Shown: piece after piece, positions 35,523-43,729 of the stretch
Layout of the letters: every line of letters starts with the position of its first letter
How positions within the stretch are numbered: position 1 is the first letter of the stretch
Origin: a bacterium
GTDB taxonomy: Bacteria; JACRDZ01; JAQUKH01
Length of the DNA stretch: 64,000 nucleotides
NCBI GenBank assembly: GCA_028719205.1
Contig: JAQUKH010000010.1
Location: forward strand, 1 to 64,000
Reading direction: 5' to 3'
Program-made: the position numbers and the translations under genes
Notes under the pieces: generated by a model
Told to the model about the DNA's origin: nothing
Database searches by the model: none
Seen by the model: only the letters and a program-made list of their open reading frames with translations

Positions 35523-36020
35523 ATGGAAACAGAAAAATTAGAAGCAGTGATAAATATCGATGGAGCCTGTTCTGGAAATCCCGGCCCTGCAGGATTGGGT
35601 GTTTTGATTTGTCATCCAAGCGGCGAAGTCTATGAAGAGATCAGTGAATATATAGGTGAGGCAACGAATAATATTGCCGAATACCGGGCTTTTATCAAGG
35701 CTTTGGAACGCGCGCGGGTTTTAGGCTTAAAAAGGGTCGCGGTTTATTCTGATTCAGAACTTCTGGTAAAACAGGTTTTAGGCGAATATAAGATAAATAA
35801 TAAAGAGATCTTAAGATTAGTGACAGAGGCGAGCGAGATCTGTAAATCATTTCAGAAATTATATTTAAAATATATTCCGCGGGAACAAAACAGCAGGGCG
35901 GATAAATTGGCGCGTTTGGCTGTAAAGAATCGTTCTATTAAAATTTCGCCAAAGACAAAAAAAGTTAACATTAAATCGCAAGCTGGACAGGCAATCGCTC
36001 CAAATATCTTTAACGGATAA
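35523..36020 (+). CDS. rnhA: Ribonuclease HI family protein
   Basis: IDGACSGNPGPAG, TNNIAEY, SDSEL, PREQNSRADKLA (catalytic acidic residues present). Confidence 0.9.
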   Translation: METEKLEAVINIDGACSGNPGPAGLGVLICHPSGEVYEEISEYIGEATNNIAEYRAFIKALERARVLGLKRVAVYSDSELLVKQVLGEYKINNKEILRLVTEASEICKSFQKLYLKYIPREQNSRADKLARLAVKNRSIKISPKTKKVNIKSQAGQAIAPNIFNG

Positions 36021-36453
36021 TTTGGAGAGGAAAGTCCGAACACCCTGGGAGCTTAGGCTCCTTGAGGACAGGATGGCTGCTAACGACGGCTCCCCGTGAG
36101 GGGCAGGAAAGTGCCACAGAAAATATACCGCCCTGATGCAAATCGGGGAAAGGGTGAAATGGCGTCCCGATGTAAATCGGGATTTATTTTAAGGTAGAAA
36201 TATCTTAATGTAAAAGGTAAGAGCTCACCGCTCCGGTGGTAACACAGGAGGCAGGGCAAACCCCATCCGGTGCAAGATCAAATAGGTTTCGATCCCCGAT
36301 GCTACGTCGGGGTGGGAATGGTCCGTTCCCATTTTCCTTCGGGAATATTGAAACGGGTAAGATTGCTTGAGACTGATGGAAACATCAGTCCCAGAGGAAT
36401 GGTTGCCATCCCGGCGCAAGCCGGGAAACAGAATTCGGCTTACGTACAGCTTG
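35979..36453 (+). ncRNA. rnpB: RNase P RNA, type A core with extra helices
   Basis: P1 CAAGCTG/CAGCTTG; GAGGAAAGTCC, AGTGCCACAGAAA, GGGTGAAA, GGTAAGAGC, GGCAAACCCC, GCAAG, ACAGAATTCGGCTTA conserved motifs. Confidence 0.95.
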
Positions 36454-36462
36454 TTATTTTTG

Positions 36463-36498
36463 GAAGGGCGGTCCGCCTGAGGCGGATCGCCCTTTTTT
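36463..36498 (+). terminator. Intrinsic terminator after rnpB
   Basis: GAAGGGCGGTCCGCC-tga-GGCGGATCGCCCTT followed by a T-run. Confidence 0.8.
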
Positions 36499-36543
36499 TA
36501 CAAAAAATGCTTGCATGTTTAAAAAATCAAAACCTTCATTAGG

Positions 36544-36669
36544 GTCTATATCCCCCGTATAGCGCGGTGCTCCATGGAAAGCTAACGCGTAGCTTCCCAC
36601 GATCACATATTCAACTTTGTTTGAGTTGAACAACTCTAACAATTCTTTGAAGTCTTTTTGTACTTCCAC
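36544..36669 (-). pseudogene. Truncated nucleotidyltransferase-fold gene
   Basis: MEVQKDFKELLELFNSNKVEYVIVGSYALAFHGAPRYTGDID is the N-terminal GG/GS..DxD motif; similarity stops right after it and the ORF runs into the rnpB terminator. Confidence 0.75.
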
Positions 36670-36799
36670 TAAACTGCCTCCTTAGGATTTCAACAGTTTC
36701 AACACGTTCCTGCGGAGATTTTGTTGCCCAGTGTTCCATGTCCGCGTTTTTGATAAAGTCATCGTTAATGCTGCCTTTTTTTATTATTTTTTTTATCAT
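36611..36799 (-). CDS. Small partner protein typically found upstream of such nucleotidyltransferases
   Basis: 62 aa with D..HW..KSPQERV..VE.LR..F...RLQR.. pattern; overlaps the NTase start. Confidence 0.6.
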   Translation of the reverse strand: MIKKIIKKGSINDDFIKNADMEHWATKSPQERVETVEILRRQFSGSTKRLQRIVRVVQLKQS

Positions 36800-36949
36800 A
36801 ACACATTCCTGATTTTATCCGTATAAATCATTTGTGATCCAAGGTTAAAACTATGAAGTTAATTTTAATATATTTAATTCAAATTGTCGATAAAAATAAC
36901 ATTAAAAATAGCATTGATAAAAATAATATGAAAATATTTTATTTTTTGC

Positions 36950-37011
36950 TTGACATCTAAATTATAAGGTGTAAAATTTTGTACATAAGTGTAAAAGAGT
37001 GTAAAAGTGTG
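36950..37011 (+). promoter_or_regulatory. dcw promoter with candidate MraZ boxes
   Basis: TTGACA 36950, TAAAAT 36972; TGTA at 36970, 36980, 36990, 37000 (exact 10-bp period; three are GTGTAAAA). Confidence 0.75.
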
Positions 37012-37057
37012 AAATCCAATTTCGCATGAATGGTAATCCAAAAAGGGACAGCTTAAC

Positions 37058-37489
37058 ATGTATACAGGAGAATATCATTATACTTTAGATGAAAAGGGAA
37101 GGTTGAGTATCCCCGCTAAAATGCGGCAGAATAAAAAAGCCGTCTTCATGGTTACGCGCGGCCTTGAAAAATGCCTGTTTGTATTCAATCAAAAAGAATG
37201 GAAAATCTGGGAAAAGAAAATTTTTTCGCTTCCTACCACTAAAAAAGAAGCACGTTCATTTTCGCGTTTTCTTTTATCAGGAGCCACGGAATGCGAAACA
37301 AATGAACTGGGCCGTATAAATATTCCTTTAACTTTACGCCAATACGCGGGCATTAATAAGGATGCTGTTATTATAGGAGTCGGTAACCGTATAGAGATCT
37401 GGAGTAAGGATAACTGGGCAAGTTTCTTATTGGTGGAAGAAAAGAATTTCGCGGAGGCGGCTGAAAATCTGGTTGATCTGGGTATTTAA
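37058..37489 (+). CDS. mraZ: Transcriptional regulator MraZ
   Basis: MYTGEY..TLDEKGRLSIP, GRINIP..LR.YAGI, IGVGNRIEIW. Confidence 0.97.
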   Translation: MYTGEYHYTLDEKGRLSIPAKMRQNKKAVFMVTRGLEKCLFVFNQKEWKIWEKKIFSLPTTKKEARSFSRFLLSGATECETNELGRINIPLTLRQYAGINKDAVIIGVGNRIEIWSKDNWASFLLVEEKNFAEAAENLVDLGI

Positions 37490-37515
37490 GGCTCTGTGTT
37501 GAACAAGGAGTTTTT

Positions 37516-37695
37516 GTGATCATTAAAAATACTAGAAAAGAGGATAATGTTCAAAAACCGTTCATTATATCCTGCGGCCGGCATCCTGTTAATGATTATA
37601 ATTTACAAATATCAGGGATGAATTTCCCGAGGGATTTGCATAATATTATAATAAAAGTTTCCGGACGTTTAAAAGGAAAAACATGCTGTGATTAG
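37516..37695 (+). CDS. Possible 59-aa small protein between mraZ and rsmH
   Basis: AAGGAG 5 nt before GTG 37516; open to TAG 37695, overlapping the rsmH start; no recognised motif. Confidence 0.35.
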   Translation: MIIKNTRKEDNVQKPFIISCGRHPVNDYNLQISGMNFPRDLHNIIIKVSGRLKGKTCCD

Positions 37696-38575
37696 TTATG
37701 CTCACGCTCCAGTGATGTTGGAAGAGGTATTAAAGCACCTGGGTTGTTTTGACGAAAATGTTTATGTGGATGGGACATTGGGAGGAGGCGGGCATGCAAA
37801 GGCAATTTTGGAAAAAATTCTCCCTCGTGGGAGACTGGTTGGGATCGATTGCGATAAAGATGGTATTTTGGCATCTGAAGGAAGTCTTAAAAATTTTCGA
37901 GAGAACTTGATAATTGTTAAAAATAATTTTCGGAATATCAGAAAAATATGGGAAGAGCTTCAGCTTCCTTTGGTTAACGGTATATTATTAGACTTGGGTG
38001 TCTCCTCATATCAGTTAAAAGAGGGGGAGAGGGGATTTTCTTTTAATCAGGATTATCCGCTGGATATGCGGCTGGACCGGGATCAGGGTATAACGGCGGA
38101 ATATCTCGTTAATCATTTATCTTATGATGAGCTTGCGAAAATAATTTTTGAATACGGTGAGGAGCGTTTTTCAAGAAGAATAGCAAAGGCAATAATTTTT
38201 GAACGTTCAAAACGTCCGATAAAAACCACCGGAGAGCTTGCCGAAATTGTAAAAACGGCGGTAGCGGGGAGGGGCAGGATACATCCCGCGACGCGGACGT
38301 TCCAGGCTTTAAGGATCGCGGTGAACGATGAGTTGAAAGCGCTGGAAGAAGGGCTTTCTGGTGCGCTGGAAATCCTTGCGGTAAAGGGAAGGATTGTAGT
38401 TTTAAGTTATCATTCTTTAGAGGACAGGATAGTAAAAAATGTGTTCAGGAATAAGGCAAAAGAGGGCGGGTTCGTTCTTATAACAAAAAAACCTATGGTC
38501 CCTTCTTTTAAGGAGACCAGGGAGAATCCAAGCAGCCGAAGCGCGAAAATGAGGGTGATTGAGAGAATAGCTTAA
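37688..38575 (+). CDS. rsmH: 16S rRNA m4C1402 methyltransferase
   Basis: HAPVML.E, VDGTLGGGGH, DLGVSS.Q, HPATRTFQALRIAVN.EL, SYHSLEDR. Confidence 0.97.
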   Translation: MISYAHAPVMLEEVLKHLGCFDENVYVDGTLGGGGHAKAILEKILPRGRLVGIDCDKDGILASEGSLKNFRENLIIVKNNFRNIRKIWEELQLPLVNGILLDLGVSSYQLKEGERGFSFNQDYPLDMRLDRDQGITAEYLVNHLSYDELAKIIFEYGEERFSRRIAKAIIFERSKRPIKTTGELAEIVKTAVAGRGRIHPATRTFQALRIAVNDELKALEEGLSGALEILAVKGRIVVLSYHSLEDRIVKNVFRNKAKEGGFVLITKKPMVPSFKETRENPSSRSAKMRVIERIA

Positions 38576-38584
38576 GAAAAAAAT

Positions 38585-38664
38585 GTCACAAGTTTATAAG
38601 TCACAACGTCACAAGTAAAGAAAAACATATTTGCTGGTGACTTGGTGACTTTGCAACTGGTGGC
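38585..38664. repeat. GTCAC-heptamer palindromic element, copy 1
   Basis: GTCACAA GTTTATAA GTCACAAC GTCACAA ... TGGTGAC TTGGTGAC TTTGCAAC TGGTGGC. Confidence 0.85.
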
Positions 38665-38680
38665 TTTTATTAGGAGTAAT

Positions 38681-39010
38681 ATGTTCCAGGAAGGTTTTTT
38701 TTCAGGCTCTCCGGTTTTTGAGATAGCCGACAAAATAAAAAATCGCGAAGAAATAAAGACGATGATACTTACGTCTATTTTTGTTTTAGGGATCATTTCA
38801 ATTTTTCTTTTTTATATATATCAAAGGATGGAAGTGAGAGAAAAGGTTTATTCGATAAACCAGATGCAGGAAGAGCAAAAGAAATTGATAGAAGAGAACA
38901 GGTCTCTGCAGTTGGAGGTTGCGAGCCTGCGTTCGCTGGAACGTATTGAACGTATTGCGCGGGATCAGTTAGGATTAGATGTTCCCAAGGATGTACGAAA
39001 CCTGAAATAG
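38681..39010 (+). CDS. ftsL: Cell division protein FtsL
   Basis: AGGAG RBS before ATG 38681; TM plus coiled coil ENRSLQLEVASLRSLERIERIARDQLGL. Confidence 0.9.
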   Translation: MFQEGFFSGSPVFEIADKIKNREEIKTMILTSIFVLGIISIFLFYIYQRMEVREKVYSINQMQEEQKKLIEENRSLQLEVASLRSLERIERIARDQLGLDVPKDVRNLK

Positions 39011-39031
39011 GGGGTCTCAGGAGGGAGATTT

Positions 39032-41029
39032 GTGCTAAGCAAAAAAATTAAATTTCGTATGGCCACTTTTTTCTGTTTAATGGGAGTGGCTATTTTTTTT
39101 ATTATCCTGCGTTTATTTCAAGTCCAGGTAATCCAGTACAGCAATTTGTCGCAAAAAGCTTCACGCCAGCACCAGAGAGTTGTTAATCTTCAGCCTAAAA
39201 GGGGTGCCATATATGACCGTAGAATGAGGGAACTGGCAGTAAGTGTTTCCATGTATTCTATTTATGCCGAACCGAGAAACATAAAAAATCCAATGGAGGC
39301 CGCGGAAATCCTGTCGGAAATACTGGAAATTGACAGTAAAAAGGTCATGGAGACCTTAACAAGCGATAAGGGCTTTGTATGGCTGGCACGCCGGGTTGAA
39401 CTCGAAAAATCTAAAAAAATAAAAGGGCTTGATATTAAAGGTATCGGTATTATAGAAGAGAATAAAAGATTTTATCCCAAAAAGGAACTATGCGCCCAGA
39501 CAATTGGTTTTGTAGGGTTGGATAGCGACGGATTGGAAAATAAAGGCCTGGAAGGCATAGAATTTTATTATGATAAATATATAAAAGGAAATCCCGGATG
39601 GATCATTACAGAGAAGGATGCCAGGGGCCGCAATATTACAGGCAATGCCGGATCTATTATCCCTTCAAGTGAAGGGAACAGCATTGTTTTGACTATTGAT
39701 GAAGTAATACAGCATATTACTGAAAGAGAACTGGAAAAAGGTATAGAAAAATATAATCCTAATTGGGGTATGGCGATCGTTATGGATCCAAAGACTTTTG
39801 AGATTCTGGCTTTGGCAAACTGGCCGTCTTATAATCCCAATAATTTTTCTGAATATCCTTCTTCTTTCAGGCGTAACCGGGCTGTTACGGATCTGTTTGA
39901 ACCCGGATCAACTTTCAAGGTCGCGGTTGCTTCGGGATTAATAGAAGATGGTATTGTCGCGCCAATGGATGAAATAGATTGCGAGCACGGGGTTTATTTT
40001 GTTTTCAACCACGCGGTTCATGACTCTCATGTTTATGATACGCTAACCTTTAAAAGGGCCATAGCGGTATCGAGTAATATAGCTATTATTAAATCAGTGC
40101 AAAATTGGAGCCCCAAAAAATTATATCAATATTTATGTTCTTTTGGATATGGTGAAAAGACCGGAATAGACCTGCCCGGAGAGGTCCCCGGCGGCATACC
40201 TTCGCCTGACAGATGGTCTAAGCTTTCTGTAGGGGCAATTCCTATAGGACAGGAAGTGTCGGTCACAGGCCTTCAATTGATCCAGCCAGTAGCTACGATC
40301 GCGAATAAAGGGATCCTTATGAAACCCTACATTGTTAAGTCTATTATTGATAAGAATGGCGTTGTGAAGGAGTTCAAGCCCAAGCCGATAAGGCGTGTAA
40401 TTTCAGAAGAAACCGCGGAGAAAATGACGGATATTTTAGAGGGAGTTGTCCAAAATGGGACCGGAAAAAGGACTTATATGACCAGTTACAGAGTTGCCGG
40501 AAAAACAGGGACCGCCAAGAAATTTGATTTTGAGCTGAAAAAATACAGCAGCGATAAACTACTTATTTCTTTTGTGGGATTCGCGCCGGTAAAAGATCCT
40601 AAGCTTTGTGTTTTGGTGGTATCAGATGAACCTAAATCGGACAGTACGGCGATTTGGGGAGAAACGATATGCGTTCCTATCGCGAGGGAAATATTCAGAG
40701 AGTCTCTCAGATATTTAAATATTCCGCAGGAGACAAAAGATATAGTCCTGAAAGATCAGGAACTTGATCCTGATTTTATGGATGAAAAGCTTGCCAATGT
40801 CAGCAAGATCCTGGAGGAAAATAAGGAAAAAATGAATTCCGCTTCTCAGGATACGGTAATGCCGAAATTATTGGGGCTGACTATGAAAGAGGCAATGAAT
40901 GTTATGTCTGCCTACCAGATCAAAATAAAATTTCAGGGAAGCGGGATAGTAGTTAAGCAGGAACCACAGCCCGGAAGTTTGATAAAGAAATTTCAGGAAG
41001 GGACTCTGTATTTCGGGGATAAAACGTAA
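39032..41029 (+). CDS. ftsI: Class B PBP (FtsI) with C-terminal PASTA domain
   Basis: RGAIYDR, RFYP, EPGSTFK, SSN, GKTGTA; MPKLLGLTMKEA..GSGIVVKQEP (PASTA). Confidence 0.93.
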   Translation: MLSKKIKFRMATFFCLMGVAIFFIILRLFQVQVIQYSNLSQKASRQHQRVVNLQPKRGAIYDRRMRELAVSVSMYSIYAEPRNIKNPMEAAEILSEILEIDSKKVMETLTSDKGFVWLARRVELEKSKKIKGLDIKGIGIIEENKRFYPKKELCAQTIGFVGLDSDGLENKGLEGIEFYYDKYIKGNPGWIITEKDARGRNITGNAGSIIPSSEGNSIVLTIDEVIQHITERELEKGIEKYNPNWGMAIVMDPKTFEILALANWPSYNPNNFSEYPSSFRRNRAVTDLFEPGSTFKVAVASGLIEDGIVAPMDEIDCEHGVYFVFNHAVHDSHVYDTLTFKRAIAVSSNIAIIKSVQNWSPKKLYQYLCSFGYGEKTGIDLPGEVPGGIPSPDRWSKLSVGAIPIGQEVSVTGLQLIQPVATIANKGILMKPYIVKSIIDKNGVVKEFKPKPIRRVISEETAEKMTDILEGVVQNGTGKRTYMTSYRVAGKTGTAKKFDFELKKYSSDKLLISFVGFAPVKDPKLCVLVVSDEPKSDSTAIWGETICVPIAREIFRESLRYLNIPQETKDIVLKDQELDPDFMDEKLANVSKILEENKEKMNSASQDTVMPKLLGLTMKEAMNVMSAYQIKIKFQGSGIVVKQEPQPGSLIKKFQEGTLYFGDKT

Positions 41030-41040
41030 AAAAGGATCAA

Positions 41041-42432
41041 TTGACAATGATTTTATTAACAACAGGTGAAATCCAAAAGGCGGTTAACGGAAAAGTTTCC
41101 AGCGGCTTTGATCCAAAAGAAAAAAATTCGGGGATCTCGACTGACTCGCGGACAATAAAAAAAGGTGAAGCCTTTTTTGCCATTAAGGGAGAAAAATTTG
41201 ACGGGGCGGAATTTGTGGATGATGCTCTAAAAAATGGTGCGTCCGTGGTTGTTATTTCCGGGAATAAAAAAAAAGGCAAAAATATTATTAATGTCAGTAA
41301 TGCCAATAAAGCCTTGATGGCCCTGGCGTTATATTACCGTAAAAAAATTAATCCAAAAGTTTGCGGTATTACCGGAAGCAATGGCAAAACCACGACAAAA
41401 GATGTACTGGCAATGTTATTAAAAGATATTTATAACGTTACAGAAAATAAAGGCAGTTTTAATAATGAGATCGGATTACCGCTTACGATTTTGAATATGG
41501 CAAATAAAACTGAGATCCTGGTACTGGAAATGGGTATGTCCGGAAAAGGTGAACTCGATCTATTGAAAAAGATCGCCCTGCCTGATGTCGGGATTATTAC
41601 GAATGTAGGACCCGCGCACCTTGAGTATTTTTCTTCGCTTAAGGAGATCGCGTCCGCTAAGGCGGAATTGATAGAAAATTTAGCTGAAGATAAAACCGCG
41701 GTTTTAAACGCCGATGATAAATTTTATGATTTTTTTAAGTCAAGAACCAAAGCAAAGATCATTTCTTTCGGAATAACGAATAAAAGCGATTTTATGGCTG
41801 AAAATATCAATTTGATCCCTTTTAAAGGAAGCAAATTTGTTTTAAACGCTTCGGGGAAAAAAATAAAAATAAAAACTTCTTTACCCGGGATTCATAATGT
41901 GTATAATATTCTGGCTGCGACAGCGGCGGCGAGTATATTTGAAAATAATTTAAACCTTTTAGCTGAAAAACTTGAAAAGGCACAACCTCCTAAAATGCGC
42001 CTGGAAGGAGTAAAGTTAAAAGGTATTGAGATCGTGAATGACGCGTATAACGCGAACCCTAATTCGGTTATGGCGGGATTAAAAGAATTGGGGAATTATG
42101 GAACCGGGGGCCGCAGGATATTTGTGTTTGGCGGTATGCTGGAGCTTGGAAATGATTCCGGGGTTTATCATAAGAAAATAGGCGAGGAGATTGTCAGGCA
42201 GAAAATTGATTATCTTGTTGTAAAAGAATCGGATGGAACTATAATAACTTCTAATGCCGCGTTAAAACGCGGTATGGATATAAATAAAATATTTTCCGCG
42301 AGAACAAACGAAGAGATAGCCGATATTTTATTATCATTTATTAAAAAACAGGATATTGTTCTTTTTAAAGGGTCTCGCGCGGTGAAGTTGGAAGAGGCAG
42401 TGGAATTATTAAAGTCAAAAATTAAGAAATAA
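41041..42432 (+). CDS. murF: UDP-MurNAc-tripeptide:D-Ala-D-Ala ligase
   Basis: ITGSNGKTTTK, FNNEIGLPLT, LEMGM, NDAYNANP, MLELG, KGSR. Confidence 0.96.
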   Translation: MTMILLTTGEIQKAVNGKVSSGFDPKEKNSGISTDSRTIKKGEAFFAIKGEKFDGAEFVDDALKNGASVVVISGNKKKGKNIINVSNANKALMALALYYRKKINPKVCGITGSNGKTTTKDVLAMLLKDIYNVTENKGSFNNEIGLPLTILNMANKTEILVLEMGMSGKGELDLLKKIALPDVGIITNVGPAHLEYFSSLKEIASAKAELIENLAEDKTAVLNADDKFYDFFKSRTKAKIISFGITNKSDFMAENINLIPFKGSKFVLNASGKKIKIKTSLPGIHNVYNILAATAAASIFENNLNLLAEKLEKAQPPKMRLEGVKLKGIEIVNDAYNANPNSVMAGLKELGNYGTGGRRIFVFGGMLELGNDSGVYHKKIGEEIVRQKIDYLVVKESDGTIITSNAALKRGMDINKIFSARTNEEIADILLSFIKKQDIVLFKGSRAVKLEEAVELLKSKIKK

Positions 42433-42457
42433 CGCCCCTTGGGGGAGTTTTAAAATT

Positions 42458-43609
42458 ATGTTTTACTATTTATACCTTCTATTATATAAAAATGGCAGTA
42501 TTTTTTCCGGGCTTAGGATTTTCAGATATATCACAGTCCGGTCGGTTTTTGCCGCCATTACGGCATTTTTAATAAGCATAATTTTCGGGCCGTGGATTAT
42601 TCGCCGCCTGAAAGCGATGAAGGCAAATCAGCCGATCAGGCAGGAAGGCCCGGAGACTCATTATAAAAAGTCAGGTACGCCTACCATGGGTGGTATTTTA
42701 ATAATCTTTTCAGTTGTTCTATCGTGTCTTTTTTGGAGCAATCTAAATAACAGTATGGTCTGGATAGTCCTTTTTGTCACCGTTTGGCTCGGGTTGATAG
42801 GCTTTATCGATGATTATATTAAACTGACACAGAAAAATTCAGAAGGGCTTTCAGTTTCATTTAAATTGATCAGCCAGGTTACTTTAGGACTGCTCTTAGG
42901 ATTTTATTTATACAAATATCCGTTGGATATCGGGGCGCTCTGGAATTATAAAATCAATGACTCGAATTATATGAAATATTTGAGCACAAAATACATGACG
43001 CAGCTCGCTGTGCCGTTCTTTAAAAATGTTTTGTGGAAGCTTTCATGGTTTTATATTATATTCGCGGCGTTTGTAATAGTAGGAAGTTCTAACGCGGTTA
43101 ATTTGACGGATGGATTGGACGGCCTTGCTATCGGCGCGATAGTATTCGCGTCTATATCATTTCTGGGGATGAGTTATGTTACAGGTAACTGGACGTTCAG
43201 CCAGTATTTAAATGTTTTTTATGTCGAAGGGGCAGGTGAGCTGACTATAATATGCGCGGCTATTATAGGATCAGGACTGGGATTTTTATGGTACAACACT
43301 TATCCCGCTCAGGTTTTTATGGGTGATACAGGATCCCTTGCGTTAGGGGGCGCGCTCGGGACAATAGCGATCCTTACTAAAAAAGAATTAACCCTGGTGA
43401 TTGTCGGAGGAGTTTTTGTAATTGAAGCTGTTTCGGTTATAATTCAAGTGTCAGTTTTCAGGCTTACAGGTAAGAGGGTTTTCCGCGTGTCGCCGATCCA
43501 TCATCATTATGAGATGAAGGGGTGGCCTGAGCCTAAGGTGGTCGTTCGTTTTTGGATCATATGTATTGTGTTTACGCTGTTGAGTTTGGCGACATTGAAG
43601 ATAAGATAA
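42458..43609 (+). CDS. mraY: Phospho-MurNAc-pentapeptide transferase
   Basis: KSGTPTMGG, GFIDDY, NAVNLTDGLDGLA, VFMGDTGS, PIHHHYE. Confidence 0.98.
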   Translation: MFYYLYLLLYKNGSIFSGLRIFRYITVRSVFAAITAFLISIIFGPWIIRRLKAMKANQPIRQEGPETHYKKSGTPTMGGILIIFSVVLSCLFWSNLNNSMVWIVLFVTVWLGLIGFIDDYIKLTQKNSEGLSVSFKLISQVTLGLLLGFYLYKYPLDIGALWNYKINDSNYMKYLSTKYMTQLAVPFFKNVLWKLSWFYIIFAAFVIVGSSNAVNLTDGLDGLAIGAIVFASISFLGMSYVTGNWTFSQYLNVFYVEGAGELTIICAAIIGSGLGFLWYNTYPAQVFMGDTGSLALGGALGTIAILTKKELTLVIVGGVFVIEAVSVIIQVSVFRLTGKRVFRVSPIHHHYEMKGWPEPKVVVRFWIICIVFTLLSLATLKIR

Positions 43610-43614
43610 TAAAA

Positions 43615-43687
43615 GTCACCAGTGCACCAGTCACCACGTCACAAGTATTAATTTTTACTGGTGACTTGTGACTTTTAAACTTGTGAC
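43615..43687. repeat. GTCAC-heptamer palindromic element, copy 2
   Basis: GTCACCA GTGCACCA GTCACCAC GTCACAA ... TGGTGAC TTGTGAC TTTTAAAC TTGTGAC. Confidence 0.85.
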
Positions 43688-43729
43688 TTATGATAATGCT
43701 ATCCGCTGTATGATAATACCAGGAGATAT

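Noticed and set aside
36225-36542. ORFs 36225..36419 (-) and 36270..36542 (+)
   Set aside because: They lie within the RNase P RNA and its terminator and have no protein motifs
37547-37621. Alternative 24-aa hydrophobic ORF (MFKNRSLYPAAGILLMIIIYKYQG)
   Set aside because: Very short, with a weaker RBS than the overlapping 59-codon frame; cannot be supported from sequence alone
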